Shown here: positions 8,418 through 18,034 of the stretch, piece after piece | Numbering within the stretch: the stretch's first letter is position 1 | How the letters are laid out: each line of letters begins with the position of its first letter | Source of the DNA: a virus | DNA length: 36,291 bases | Reading direction: 5' to 3' (one strand) | UHGV virus genome: UHGV-0200858 | Program-made: the position numbers and the translations under genes | Notes under the pieces: generated by a model | The model's database searches: none | Told to the model about the DNA's origin: nothing | The model's input: only the letters and a program-made list of their open reading frames with translations

Positions 8418-8696
8418 TTATTTTTGCTTGAGTAAATCAATAACTTGGTCAAATTTAGCATCCATTGCAACCACTTTCTTTTCTATACCGTGAAGGGTTT
8501 GTTCCATGCGATAAACTCTTTCGGCAATTTGATCGTGGTTATTCTGCATCGTTTCAAACTTTTGATTAAACAATGCATCATTGGATTCTAATTTAGACAA
8601 TCTATTTTCTGTGGCTAATTGATTTCGGTGGAGTCTCCAAAGCCCACCACAAATTAAGGCGATAACACCGATACCGCCATATATAATTTCAGTCAT
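8418..8696 (-). CDS. membrane-anchored coiled-coil protein (92 aa), candidate lysis/spanin-like or holin-associated
   Basis: N-terminal TM helix (IIYGGIGVIALICGGLW) followed by coiled coil; located between tail fiber gene and endolysin region. Confidence 0.4.
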   Translation of the reverse strand: MTEIIYGGIGVIALICGGLWRLHRNQLATENRLSKLESNDALFNQKFETMQNNHDQIAERVYRMEQTLHGIEKKVVAMDAKFDQVIDLLKQK

Positions 8697-8798
8697 TACG
8701 CCCCCGATATTTTATAATTTAATGGCAGAATTATTTAGATAAAAATAATCCCGCCTAACTCAAAAGAATTAAGCGGGATTAATTATTAGAATTAAATT

Positions 8799-11700
8799 TT
8801 AAGAAACAGAAATACCAGTAGCGGCTTTCTTAGTTACCATTACCGTTAGATCGCTGATATATGCACTTGGGGTATAGTTGTTAACGCCCTTACAGTAAAC
8901 TTCAAAAGTCATTGTTACTGCCCCATGTCCGGCTGGCATGTCAATAACTCCACTGTACATACAGCCAGAAGTTGCAGTGCGATCATATAGAACACCACCA
9001 TTTTTCTTAATGATTAGTCGGCAAGTATCCCAATGATCGCTACTTTCGCCACGACGAACAGACCCGTTATGATGAATCGCTGGAATCACTATTTGGCGAT
9101 CGAATGGATGATCATCTTCGACCCTTACAGTGATTGCACCATCAGGCCAGTTTGGTTGGCGATGCGGGAAACTCCTACCAACCACTTTCACGAAGTCACC
9201 ACGCACCTGATTAGCATCAAGCATACCCAAAATGCGGCAACTTGAATTAATCGTTACGTTGTTCATTTCGCCGGAATCAGCCACCAGATGACCACGAACG
9301 TTAGCGTGTCTAAAATGACAAGTGCCATCTTTGCCAATATACCATCCATCGTTACCATTCCAGTTATAAGACTGGATATAGTTACCAATTTTAGCATTAT
9401 CGATAGAGCCATCAATAATATGACCAGTTCCGATCTGTGCGTGCTGGATGTGAGCGCCGTTAATCTGGGCTGTTCCGATCTTAGCCGTGGTAATAGCCGC
9501 ATCGTTAATCTGGGCTGTACCGATCGCCGCATTACGAATCATCGCATTATCGAGATAAACCTTGTTACCTTCGATACCAAACGGGCAAACTTCCGATCCG
9601 TCTTGTGGAGCTACCGCGATTTTATCAGCCGTAAAGATGATTCTCGTCGGTTCTGCCGGATCATTGGTTGCGCTCATGTGAATACCAGCCACACGACCAT
9701 CTGCATTAACTGCCAGATTATATTTGCTGTTAATGGTTCCCTTCAAAGCATCGATCTTAACGTCCGCTTCTTGGTTAACACCAGCAATCTTGCCATCCAT
9801 TTCTACCCGAACTTGATCAATCTTACTTGCGCTTGCTGCCTCACTGGTAGCAATTGCTTGTTTCAGCGTAGTAGCAGATGCGCTAACTTCCGACGTAATA
9901 TCGCCTTTCAGTTCAGCTTTAACCTGATCAATCTTAGTAGAGCTTGCTTGCTCACTGGTAGCAATCAGACTCTTGAGAGTATCGGCTGAGGCTTGGACCG
10001 TCTGTCCTGTCTCGGTAGTAATCTGTTTATGCATTGCATCAATCTTAGCATCGGCATTAGCGCCAGCTTGAGCAATAGCATCAGCGATAGTTTCATCTAA
10101 GCGATCTTGTAAACCAATCAGGTCTTCCAGTGCTTCTTTGTCCTGATCGTCCCAGCTAATCGTAGACTTCATCGGCATGAAATAAGGTTCAGACCAAACA
10201 GCATCATCCATCCCGAAAATATCGTAATGTGCCGCACGAAGATAATAATCACCATCAGCCAAATCAAAGGAAGTATGGCTAACGCTGTTAGTAGTCACCG
10301 CCCTTGCATCAGAGAAAGTATTGTCGGTTGCATACTGGATGATTGACCCTGCATAGTCATGTTCTACGTCATTAGCCCAGCTAACAAACGCAGTATTAAA
10401 GCCACCACGCGCACTAAATCCTTTCATTGGCTTATGTTGTGGGTTAATAGCCACTAAACGCGCTGGGGCGCTTACAGAGTTGTTATAACCTTTAGCGGAT
10501 ACTTCTACCGTCAATTCACGGGAAAGGCCGTTAAACTGGTTCATATCAAGCGTATACGTCCACGATTCAGGATCGCGGGTACGGTACTGAATAGACTTAC
10601 CAGCCTTGTTAGTTACCTTGATAATGTAGGCTTCAAACAGGTCACTAAACTTGTTAGTTTCACCGTTGATAACCACATCTAAGGATTGCTGATTGTCCCA
10701 TTCAATAATCAGATCATTGCCTTCGAAAGTACCAGGTGTGCTACCCTGATTTTTGATGCGAATCACTGGAGTAGGCAGTTCATAGGTAACTTCTGGATTC
10801 TGGTTAACCAGTTCTACCCAATCAGAACGGGCGATGATACCGAAAGCACACACGCGGTAATCGTAGGAACGATCTTTTGCCAGTGCATTGATATTGAAAA
10901 TTTGCTGTGAAGTCTGTCCCAGCTTAATCCAGTTAGGTGATCCACTCACTTTGTAATCAATCTGGAAGCCGTAACGGTTGAAGTCTTCCGGTGCATCCCA
11001 TGTCAAAGTAACGTTTTTACCGTGGATTGTCTCACCAGTTGCCTTAATTCTGAAATTAGTCGGTTTCTGTACTGTCATTGAATCCGGTAAACCAGTTGGT
11101 CTATTGTCTGGATTCGCCGCATAGTTCAGGTCAGTATAAACCTGAGAATTATATTCTGTGGCGGTGATAGTCATCATCCCAGCAATGCCAGAATCAATCG
11201 AGCGATCAATTGCAGTAATACGCCATAAGGAATTATTCAGCTTCAATTCATCATAGGTTACGCTGATAACATCCCAAACTTCGGCAGTGAATGCGTCAGT
11301 AGTCATAAAGCTGATAACCTGAGTGATACGAGATTTATTTCGCTCAATGCTCGCGAGTTTATCAATCTGATCTTTAGACTTAACGAAACGATATTCTACA
11401 TCCTTAGCAATAATTCGACCATCTGCGCGAACAGTAGCATCGTTTTCAGCATCAGCCGGATAACGTAGCATTTGCTCTGAATAGTCAATTGATGGTTCTT
11501 GATACATCGCGTTAATGGTATTGAAATAACCGTTAGTGCCACCTGTTTTCAGTGATACCTTACCCATCATGATATTGTCTTCATTGAAGGTATGCTTAAC
11601 AATATCAGGAGCATCCAGTTTCAGCGTAATACGTCCAAAGGATTCGAACATCACCCCGCCGAAAGTCTGCATAAGATTAGTCAAGTTCTCTTTAAAGCTG

Positions 11701-12545
11701 GCGTTCGGATCACATGCACCGTTTGAATGTAGATCCATCTGGCGTACTTGTTTACGTACTTTCAGGAATGAATCAACGTTAATGTTTTCAATTGGTACGG
11801 ATAAGCCATATTTTTCATTTGTTAGGTAGTGGAAAATCTGATCCACGCCGTTAGTGCTAGCCTCAATAGCATTGGTTTCAAGGTTACGGATTTTAAGGCC
11901 GCAAACGTCTACTGCTACCTGGCTATTTGGCTGGAGAATATCAACACCAGCAGCAAGAGATTTGTCATCACGACGTAACACAATACACATGGTCGCAATG
12001 CCGTTACCCTTGAAAGCGTCGGTCCAGTCTGAGCCTAAATGACGTTTTGCCAGCGACAAAGCGGTGTTAGGATTCTTGCCCGTGCGGAACTCGACTTCTA
12101 ATACTTTACGATATTCTTCTTTAATGTTGCCCTTATCGAGAATACCATCACGGATCGTCATGTTCTTACCAACAAGAACATTTTTATTATCAATAAAGAG
12201 TGCTTTGTAATGGTCGATTTCACCCTCGGCTACAGAGAAGATTTGCACTAGCTTATTGTTTTCTTGCTTAGAAACTGCTTTGTAAACACAGTTTGTGCCA
12301 GTGCGGGTAGTACCGAAAACGACTGGTATCACCGCTTTCGGATCGTTTGATGTTCCTAGTGTCACCGCATTATCTGGGCTTTGTACTTTAGGTGTTTTTG
12401 GTGCGCCTACAGTGGAAGCGATCAAAGTCATTGCACCAGCAGCCATACCGATAGCGACTGCGGTCATAACAGAAAATGTTGCAGCAGCAGCCATCCCAGC
12501 AGACGCACCAGCAATAACCGCGCCTACCAATATTTCAAATCCCAT
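8799..12545 (-). CDS. central tail fiber / host specificity protein (J-like), 1248 aa
   Basis: Size, position at distal end of tail module after NlpC/P60 K-like gene, Ala/Gly-rich hydrophobic N-terminus, fibronectin-III-like repeats in the middle (by composition), divergent C-terminal receptor-binding region. Confidence 0.7.
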   Translation of the reverse strand: MGFEILVGAVIAGASAGMAAAATFSVMTAVAIGMAAGAMTLIASTVGAPKTPKVQSPDNAVTLGTSNDPKAVIPVVFGTTRTGTNCVYKAVSKQENNKLVQIFSVAEGEIDHYKALFIDNKNVLVGKNMTIRDGILDKGNIKEEYRKVLEVEFRTGKNPNTALSLAKRHLGSDWTDAFKGNGIATMCIVLRRDDKSLAAGVDILQPNSQVAVDVCGLKIRNLETNAIEASTNGVDQIFHYLTNEKYGLSVPIENINVDSFLKVRKQVRQMDLHSNGACDPNASFKENLTNLMQTFGGVMFESFGRITLKLDAPDIVKHTFNEDNIMMGKVSLKTGGTNGYFNTINAMYQEPSIDYSEQMLRYPADAENDATVRADGRIIAKDVEYRFVKSKDQIDKLASIERNKSRITQVISFMTTDAFTAEVWDVISVTYDELKLNNSLWRITAIDRSIDSGIAGMMTITATEYNSQVYTDLNYAANPDNRPTGLPDSMTVQKPTNFRIKATGETIHGKNVTLTWDAPEDFNRYGFQIDYKVSGSPNWIKLGQTSQQIFNINALAKDRSYDYRVCAFGIIARSDWVELVNQNPEVTYELPTPVIRIKNQGSTPGTFEGNDLIIEWDNQQSLDVVINGETNKFSDLFEAYIIKVTNKAGKSIQYRTRDPESWTYTLDMNQFNGLSRELTVEVSAKGYNNSVSAPARLVAINPQHKPMKGFSARGGFNTAFVSWANDVEHDYAGSIIQYATDNTFSDARAVTTNSVSHTSFDLADGDYYLRAAHYDIFGMDDAVWSEPYFMPMKSTISWDDQDKEALEDLIGLQDRLDETIADAIAQAGANADAKIDAMHKQITTETGQTVQASADTLKSLIATSEQASSTKIDQVKAELKGDITSEVSASATTLKQAIATSEAASASKIDQVRVEMDGKIAGVNQEADVKIDALKGTINSKYNLAVNADGRVAGIHMSATNDPAEPTRIIFTADKIAVAPQDGSEVCPFGIEGNKVYLDNAMIRNAAIGTAQINDAAITTAKIGTAQINGAHIQHAQIGTGHIIDGSIDNAKIGNYIQSYNWNGNDGWYIGKDGTCHFRHANVRGHLVADSGEMNNVTINSSCRILGMLDANQVRGDFVKVVGRSFPHRQPNWPDGAITVRVEDDHPFDRQIVIPAIHHNGSVRRGESSDHWDTCRLIIKKNGGVLYDRTATSGCMYSGVIDMPAGHGAVTMTFEVYCKGVNNYTPSAYISDLTVMVTKKAATGISVS

Positions 12546-13120
12546 TATTCACCCCCGAATCTATAAACTTGTTCATAGTCAATGTCTGAAACAGGAATGG
12601 TCATCCAGATACCATCTTCTTCAACGAGGCCATAACCGGAATAATGAGGAACTACGGAATAATAATTACGGTTTCCTAATTTGTGGGCTGTGACCAGTAA
12701 GTCGCCGTCCTGTAAATCATCAGTGACTAATTTGAAATGTTTCTTTATTGGTTGAAGGATGTTTGAATATCCGCTTAATTCTTTGCAGATTTTCAAGCCT
12801 TCTTCTTTAGTTGAATATTTTTTATAAAGAGAATTATATAGGTCAGTACCAGCGAGAATATCGATGATCTTACATGCAATGAGATTGCAATCATTCTCGC
12901 CTTGAACGAACTCCTGACCTATTAAAGAATTGATGTAATCAGTGATAAGCCTAGTTTTTAGCATGTTGAATACCTCCATGCTGTTATTTACTAGGCTTAG
13001 GGAGAAGGGATTATTTCTTCGATGAATGCCACTTGCTTTCCGATTGCCAGCGACCCGCCCTTGAGAAGAATAGATCGTTCTCGTTTCCAACATAGGATCG
13101 GTGGATACCATCGGAAGCAT
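12545..13120 (-). CDS. tail assembly protein, NlpC/P60-family (lambda gpK-like)
   Basis: QGENDCNLIACKI contains Cys in an NlpC/P60-like context with downstream His; sits between L-like and J-like genes. Track ORF overlaps upstream gene; probable true start at internal Met about 12966. Confidence 0.55.
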   Translation of the reverse strand: MLPMVSTDPMLETRTIYSSQGRVAGNRKASGIHRRNNPFSLSLVNNSMEVFNMLKTRLITDYINSLIGQEFVQGENDCNLIACKIIDILAGTDLYNSLYKKYSTKEEGLKICKELSGYSNILQPIKKHFKLVTDDLQDGDLLVTAHKLGNRNYYSVVPHYSGYGLVEEDGIWMTIPVSDIDYEQVYRFGGE

Positions 13121-13664
13121 GACTACGAGCGTTTTTATCTAGAACTTCCCAGATACTATTAAGCTGAAATTCCGATTCGTTTTTACACTCATCATCTTCA
13201 TGTTCGATGTTAATACCGATGGAATCGACTACCCCACGGAAAACAGGGTAAGTTGTTTCAACCTTGCCCGTGTTGGGGTTAAGGAAAACCATCTCGATTT
13301 TTACATCAGATTTATCGAATTGCTTGTTACGAATGAGAGTTACATACTCTTCACGGACGTTAGAAACAGTTACGTTAATCCCGTTGTTGTTGATCTCCTT
13401 CTCTTCGGTATTCGATGAGATTTGAAGAAAATCACCCGTTGCGAGATACGTAAATCCGTTATAGTCCAAATCGAAATACCCATCTGTAAGCCGTAGAACG
13501 TCCCCTGACGCTGTTATCACTTCGATAATGTGAAACATCGATCCAGTGGAAAAAAGCTGCGGTAGCGTTAATCTAGACACGTTCTGACCTGTCTGGTCGT
13601 TGTAGACCTCGATGAAGTCAAGATTAGTGCATAGTTTGCTGAATGATTCCTGAATAGTTGCCAT
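13011..13664 (-). CDS. minor tail protein (lambda gpL-like position)
   Basis: Position between distal tail gene and K-like gene; 217 aa; C-terminal Cys/His region; call by synteny only. Confidence 0.45.
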   Translation of the reverse strand: MATIQESFSKLCTNLDFIEVYNDQTGQNVSRLTLPQLFSTGSMFHIIEVITASGDVLRLTDGYFDLDYNGFTYLATGDFLQISSNTEEKEINNNGINVTVSNVREEYVTLIRNKQFDKSDVKIEMVFLNPNTGKVETTYPVFRGVVDSIGINIEHEDDECKNESEFQLNSIWEVLDKNARSHASDGIHRSYVGNENDLFFSRAGRWQSESKWHSSKK

Positions 13665-14224
13665 TATACATTCTCCACTAATTCAAATTTCATCTTGCCG
13701 ATTTGGGCGATCTTCCAATCGATATTTTCAGTTTTGAGAACAAATTCACCTTCTACGTTCTGATACTTGATCACCTCACCCGCCAGGACGTTCTGCCGCA
13801 AGTTAGGGAAGAGTTTCATTTCACCACCTGATTTCACGTCTTCGGTGATCGTGTAGATTTTCTTGTGGTTCTCAAACTGGATGATAGTTCCTGCTTTCAG
13901 TGTTCCGGTGAAGTTGGAGAGTCTTACCTTACGCCCACCGCGAGCAGTACCAGTAGCAGACGTAACCATCTGGCGTACATCACCTGTATATTTTGAAAAG
14001 TAAGACAGTGGCACACTAAAAGGACGACCAAAAAGGTGACGTGCTACAAATTCTTTTACTTCGTTAATATCCTGAGCCATGAAATTAGCTGTAAATTCTG
14101 CTTCATAAAAATGAATGCCAGTAAAGCGACGCTGGAACTTACCGGAGATAGATTGCGCCTTGAAGAAAGGTTGTTTTGATTTAAGAGTAAAATCTGTGAT
14201 TTTAATATTCTTGGATTTGAACAT
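13664..14224 (-). CDS. minor/distal tail protein (lambda gpM-like position)
   Basis: First gene after tape measure; start overlaps next gene stop (ATGA-type coupling); synteny-based. Confidence 0.45.
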   Translation of the reverse strand: MFKSKNIKITDFTLKSKQPFFKAQSISGKFQRRFTGIHFYEAEFTANFMAQDINEVKEFVARHLFGRPFSVPLSYFSKYTGDVRQMVTSATGTARGGRKVRLSNFTGTLKAGTIIQFENHKKIYTITEDVKSGGEMKLFPNLRQNVLAGEVIKYQNVEGEFVLKTENIDWKIAQIGKMKFELVENV

Positions 14225-14228
14225 AGAA

Positions 14229-14273
14229 AAGCCCCCATAGTTTTATGATTATTTATGACTATGGGGGCTTTTA
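14229..14273. terminator. hairpin with flanking A/T runs between tape measure and distal tail gene (approx)
   Basis: GCCCCCATAG ... CTATGGGGGC 10 bp stem with long loop, flanked by AAAA and TTTT. Confidence 0.4.
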
Positions 14274-14274
14274 A

Positions 14275-16701
14275 TTACATCTTACGACGCTGTGCGTCTT
14301 CTACCGCCTGAGCAACTAACTTAGCGTGACGTTTGATAGCATCCATAACCATCTTGTCTGAGCTATTAACGTTGCCGTTAATGTTCAAAGGCGCATTAAC
14401 TTCAATCGGCTGAGAGTTACCACCGCCTGATTTTTGAGCAGATAAGAAGTCTTTCAAATCACCGTTAGTACGCTGATCAACTACTCGTTCACCCTTATCA
14501 AGCAACCATGTACCCTCACGAGGGATGTTATCGATACCATCATGAGCCATACCACTAACGTTAGTAGACTTGATGTTTGCGATGTTCCCCATGTTCTGAG
14601 AAACAGCCAATGCAGCAGCAGCGATCTTTTGTCCTGTGGTAACGTTGGTTGGATCGTTCCATGCATCGGTAGCAGCCGTCCACATGTTCACCGTCGCTTG
14701 TCCAATGGAGAATGCCTTATGAGCATTGAAAGCCATCTGCATAGCTTTAGTGTTTTCCTGCCCGAAGAGAGTCATTGCAGCAGCAAAACCGCCATACATA
14801 TCATCGGCTATTGACTGTCGAGCATCAGCGTATTTCTTCTCAATTGCAGCCATTCGTTTTTGATGGTTTTCATTGAGTTTTTCTAATGCAGCCATCCGTT
14901 TAGCCGGATCATTAATACCATCAATCTTGAGTTTATCGGTTTTATAATCTTGTTCAGCGTCCGATTTCTCTTTATCGATTGCATTAAATTTAGCAAACGG
15001 GTTATTCGAGTCCTGATAGTCTAAACCATTGGTCAACTGATTGGTTTTAAAACCATCCATTCCATGCAAAGAATCTTCAATCTGTGAATAACTTTGTTCG
15101 GTATCATTCACACGACGCATATATTCTTCGTAGGAGATAGCCTTACCATCAAGTAACCGTTTATGGCTTTCTAACTCGTTGTCCCTGATTTGTTGTAATT
15201 GTGTTAAAGCATTCAGAGCATCAACAGGATCAGCACCTAAAACCATTTTGTATACGTTTTCAGTATTCTGATCGATTAAGGATTGGCGTTTCGCGGCTGC
15301 GTCTTGCTGCGAGATTAACCCCAGATCTAAAGCAGTGTCCAGATCTTTCAAGCTGGCTTCTAACTGCTTATTCTGAGAAGCAATAGACGCGGCAACCTGC
15401 CCTTGCAATTTAACATCAAGTGCATTCAGTCGCTTGATTGCATCCTCACGTTCTTTCTGTGCTTTCTCTGCGGCTTCCTTAGCTTTTTTAGCTGCCTCTT
15501 CCGCTTTCTTGCGTTTTTCTTCCTCGGCTTTCTTCTCTTCGGCAGACGGACCCAATGAAGCTGGTCTGACTGGTTTATTTGGTAGAGTCAAACTACCGCT
15601 TGATTTGGTTGTCAGATGTTCACCAGCATCGACTACAATCAGAGCACCACTTGAAGTTTTATAAGACCCACCAAAACGTTTCTTAAATCCTTCAACATCA
15701 AAGCCAGCAGTACGAGGATCGACACCAGCACCACGGATCGCGGCCTTTTCCCAATCTGCCAGATTATTCCAACGCTTTTCTTTATTGTACTTGTCAATAA
15801 TCTTTTGAGCGTCTTTATGGTTGGCGTTAAGAATACCACCAGTTGCGGTCTTACCTTCTTTATTCAGTCGGTCTAATGCCCTGAATAGAGAACTCTTTTC
15901 CCAATCAATATTAAACCATTCAAATAACCAGTTTAAGCTATCAACCAAAGGACCAGTAATGGTCATGCCGACACCTTTCAGGTTATTTTCCAGCTTATTG
16001 ATATTTTGAGAAAATTTATCATATTTTTTAGCGTTTTCTTCGGTGACGTTAACAGATTGATTCTGAATAGCGATCATCGCCTCTTGAGCAGTATTATATT
16101 TCTCAAGCTGGCTGGTCATATGGCTTGAATCACTGGCTAAAGATTCCATCATGAACTTGATTTCAGCCATTGATTTTCCGGCTTTCTTCATGTCATAGAA
16201 CACTTGGATCGCCGCTTTCATACCACCTTGCGGATCTGTCATGAAGTGAGCATAGTTTTCTAACTTAAGACCAACCGATTCTAAGTCATCAGCAATACCA
16301 CCACCATTAGCCCACGCATCACCCATTTTATCTAAGGTGTCTTTGTTGATATCGCCAAATTTTTCAACTGTTAGGCCAGTGCCAGAAAATTCCTTTTCTA
16401 GTCTTTGAAGGGATTCAATCGAGAGTCCGGTCGCCTTAGATACTTCTGAATACTGTTTAACGTATTCCGCACCAGCTTTAGCGGCTGCAACCACTGCGGT
16501 CGCAACTAAGCCAATACCACCAGCAGCCAAACCAGCAGAGCCAGCAATACCACGAAGAGATCCAGTCAGACCAGACAAGCCACCACCAAAATCAATATTA
16601 CTTGCCTTTTCAGACAAACTATCGAGAAGGTCAGCGGCTTCATTGGTGCTTCTCCTTAGACCTTTATTATCCCCTTCTATTGTTACTATATGTTTTGTCA
16701 T
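14275..16701 (-). CDS. tail tape measure protein (808 aa)
   Basis: Large protein after tail chaperones; Gly/Ala-rich hydrophobic N-terminal segments, long K/E-rich coiled-coil centre (AEEKKAEEEKRKKAEEAAKKAKEAAEKAQKERE), C-terminal region. Confidence 0.8.
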   Translation of the reverse strand: MTKHIVTIEGDNKGLRRSTNEAADLLDSLSEKASNIDFGGGLSGLTGSLRGIAGSAGLAAGGIGLVATAVVAAAKAGAEYVKQYSEVSKATGLSIESLQRLEKEFSGTGLTVEKFGDINKDTLDKMGDAWANGGGIADDLESVGLKLENYAHFMTDPQGGMKAAIQVFYDMKKAGKSMAEIKFMMESLASDSSHMTSQLEKYNTAQEAMIAIQNQSVNVTEENAKKYDKFSQNINKLENNLKGVGMTITGPLVDSLNWLFEWFNIDWEKSSLFRALDRLNKEGKTATGGILNANHKDAQKIIDKYNKEKRWNNLADWEKAAIRGAGVDPRTAGFDVEGFKKRFGGSYKTSSGALIVVDAGEHLTTKSSGSLTLPNKPVRPASLGPSAEEKKAEEEKRKKAEEAAKKAKEAAEKAQKEREDAIKRLNALDVKLQGQVAASIASQNKQLEASLKDLDTALDLGLISQQDAAAKRQSLIDQNTENVYKMVLGADPVDALNALTQLQQIRDNELESHKRLLDGKAISYEEYMRRVNDTEQSYSQIEDSLHGMDGFKTNQLTNGLDYQDSNNPFAKFNAIDKEKSDAEQDYKTDKLKIDGINDPAKRMAALEKLNENHQKRMAAIEKKYADARQSIADDMYGGFAAAMTLFGQENTKAMQMAFNAHKAFSIGQATVNMWTAATDAWNDPTNVTTGQKIAAAALAVSQNMGNIANIKSTNVSGMAHDGIDNIPREGTWLLDKGERVVDQRTNGDLKDFLSAQKSGGGNSQPIEVNAPLNINGNVNSSDKMVMDAIKRHAKLVAQAVEDAQRRKM

Positions 16702-16712
16702 AAATTACCCCT

Positions 16713-17054
16713 TTAACCGCTTCTGAGTTTCTCAAGCAAAGATGGATCAAACATGTTCAGCATTGCCGCTTTACGTTCTTCTTCTTTCTTGCGTGCAATT
16801 TCTTCCAGTTCTTCTTTAGTTTTAAAGAGTTTTTCTTCTCTAATTAATTGGAATTGGCTAGGCTTGAGTTTGCGTGCAGTTTCGCGTGTCATTCCTTGCG
16901 AAGTCATATACATGGAATATTGCAACATCGCATTCTGCATATCATGAAACGCGGGGCTTTGTGGTTCTAAGTAGGTGTCGAAAATGTATAATTTCCAAAA
17001 CAGAGTGATTGGCATATTATCCATTTCATCTTTACTAAGCCCCGATCTCATCAT
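16713..17054 (-). CDS. tail assembly chaperone (lambda T-like position)
   Basis: Small ORF immediately upstream of tape measure and downstream of acidic G-like chaperone. Confidence 0.5.
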   Translation of the reverse strand: MMRSGLSKDEMDNMPITLFWKLYIFDTYLEPQSPAFHDMQNAMLQYSMYMTSQGMTRETARKLKPSQFQLIREEKLFKTKEELEEIARKKEEERKAAMLNMFDPSLLEKLRSG

Positions 17055-17083
17055 TTGCCGGAAATAGAAATTCAGAAGCGGGT

Positions 17084-17392
17084 TTACTTTACCTCGTTTT
17101 CAATTACTGCCGGATCTTGCATCAATGACGCTTGAGCAACCAAACCGATTAATTCACTTCGAACGTTAGTATACAGTGCCTTAACTTGTTCCATAGATTC
17201 AAATACTGGCTTACCATCTTCATCTTCAATACAACGAAGAATAGAACGTTCATCACGGTCTTCTTTATCGGTATTGAAAACATGTTCATTAAATTCTTTT
17301 ACTGACATAGGGCGAGCATAGAAAGTGAATCCACCGATGGTCAGAGATTCGCGTTTAGGAGAAAGTGCGGCTAACATTTCATTAATATTCAT
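17084..17392 (-). CDS. tail assembly chaperone (lambda G-like), acidic
   Basis: 102 aa acidic protein between major tail tube gene and tape measure. Confidence 0.5.
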   Translation of the reverse strand: MNINEMLAALSPKRESLTIGGFTFYARPMSVKEFNEHVFNTDKEDRDERSILRCIEDEDGKPVFESMEQVKALYTNVRSELIGLVAQASLMQDPAVIENEVK

Positions 17393-17441
17393 TATTGTTT
17401 CCTCTTAAGTTAATTAGATATGTTTATTTAGAATTGGAAAC

Positions 17442-17468
17442 AAAAAAAGCCACCCCGAAGGATGGCTA
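17442..17468 (-). terminator. rho-independent terminator after major tail gene (approx)
   Basis: On minus strand AGCCATCC UUCG GGGUGGCU hairpin with UUCG tetraloop followed by a run of 7 U. Confidence 0.6.
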
Positions 17469-17475
17469 GAGAATA

Positions 17476-17946
17476 TTAGACTTTCTGGAAAACAGCTTGT
17501 TTAACCGGAGCACCATCTACTACAAAGGTGAAGGTACGGCCTACTACAGCATCCTCACCACCAGTCATGGTAGTTTTAGACAGGAAGCCGTTATAAGCGA
17601 TGTGCACACCAGATTTTTTCGTAGCATCGATGTAGTAAGCAATTTTAAGCTGTACGCGCTTACCGTCTTCGGTTGCTTTAATCAGTTTTTCGTGTACTTC
17701 GTTACCCGGCATGTAGTTGATCGAAAGTTCGATATCCGGTACAGACATACGACCAACCAGCTTACGGTTATAAGCACCAGAGAAGTTAGGAACATCGATA
17801 GTAGAACGTTCTACACCAGTTTCCGGGAACGCTGCGCATTCTGGAATTTCCAGATAAGTTTCAGCGTCAAGATCAACGTTAGCTACATCTTCTTGCAGAA
17901 ACAGACCAACGAGGCCACCAGAGAAAATATCAAATTTAGTAGTCAT
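17476..17946 (-). CDS. major tail tube protein (156 aa)
   Basis: Position directly upstream of G/T chaperones and tape measure; strong SD; followed by strong terminator; codon usage typical of a highly expressed structural gene. Confidence 0.6.
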   Translation of the reverse strand: MTTKFDIFSGGLVGLFLQEDVANVDLDAETYLEIPECAAFPETGVERSTIDVPNFSGAYNRKLVGRMSVPDIELSINYMPGNEVHEKLIKATEDGKRVQLKIAYYIDATKKSGVHIAYNGFLSKTTMTGGEDAVVGRTFTFVVDGAPVKQAVFQKV

Positions 17947-18034
17947 TATTCTTTTCCTTCTATTTTTAAAACAATAGGGTACATGCCCGTAATTCTATTT
18001 ATTTAGTTAAATGGGGGTGTTCCCCCCATTTATA

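Noticed and set aside
9033-12693. Multiple plus-strand ORFs (9033..9245, 9288..9989, 10686..10910, 11536..11829, 11854..12042, 12295..12693) and the minus-strand 9263..9532 ORF
   Set aside because: All lie inside the 1248 aa tail fiber gene, antisense or out of frame, with low-complexity translations and no RBS; treated as spurious
17497-18006. 169 aa plus-strand ORF
   Set aside because: Antisense to the major tail tube gene and its terminator; no RBS
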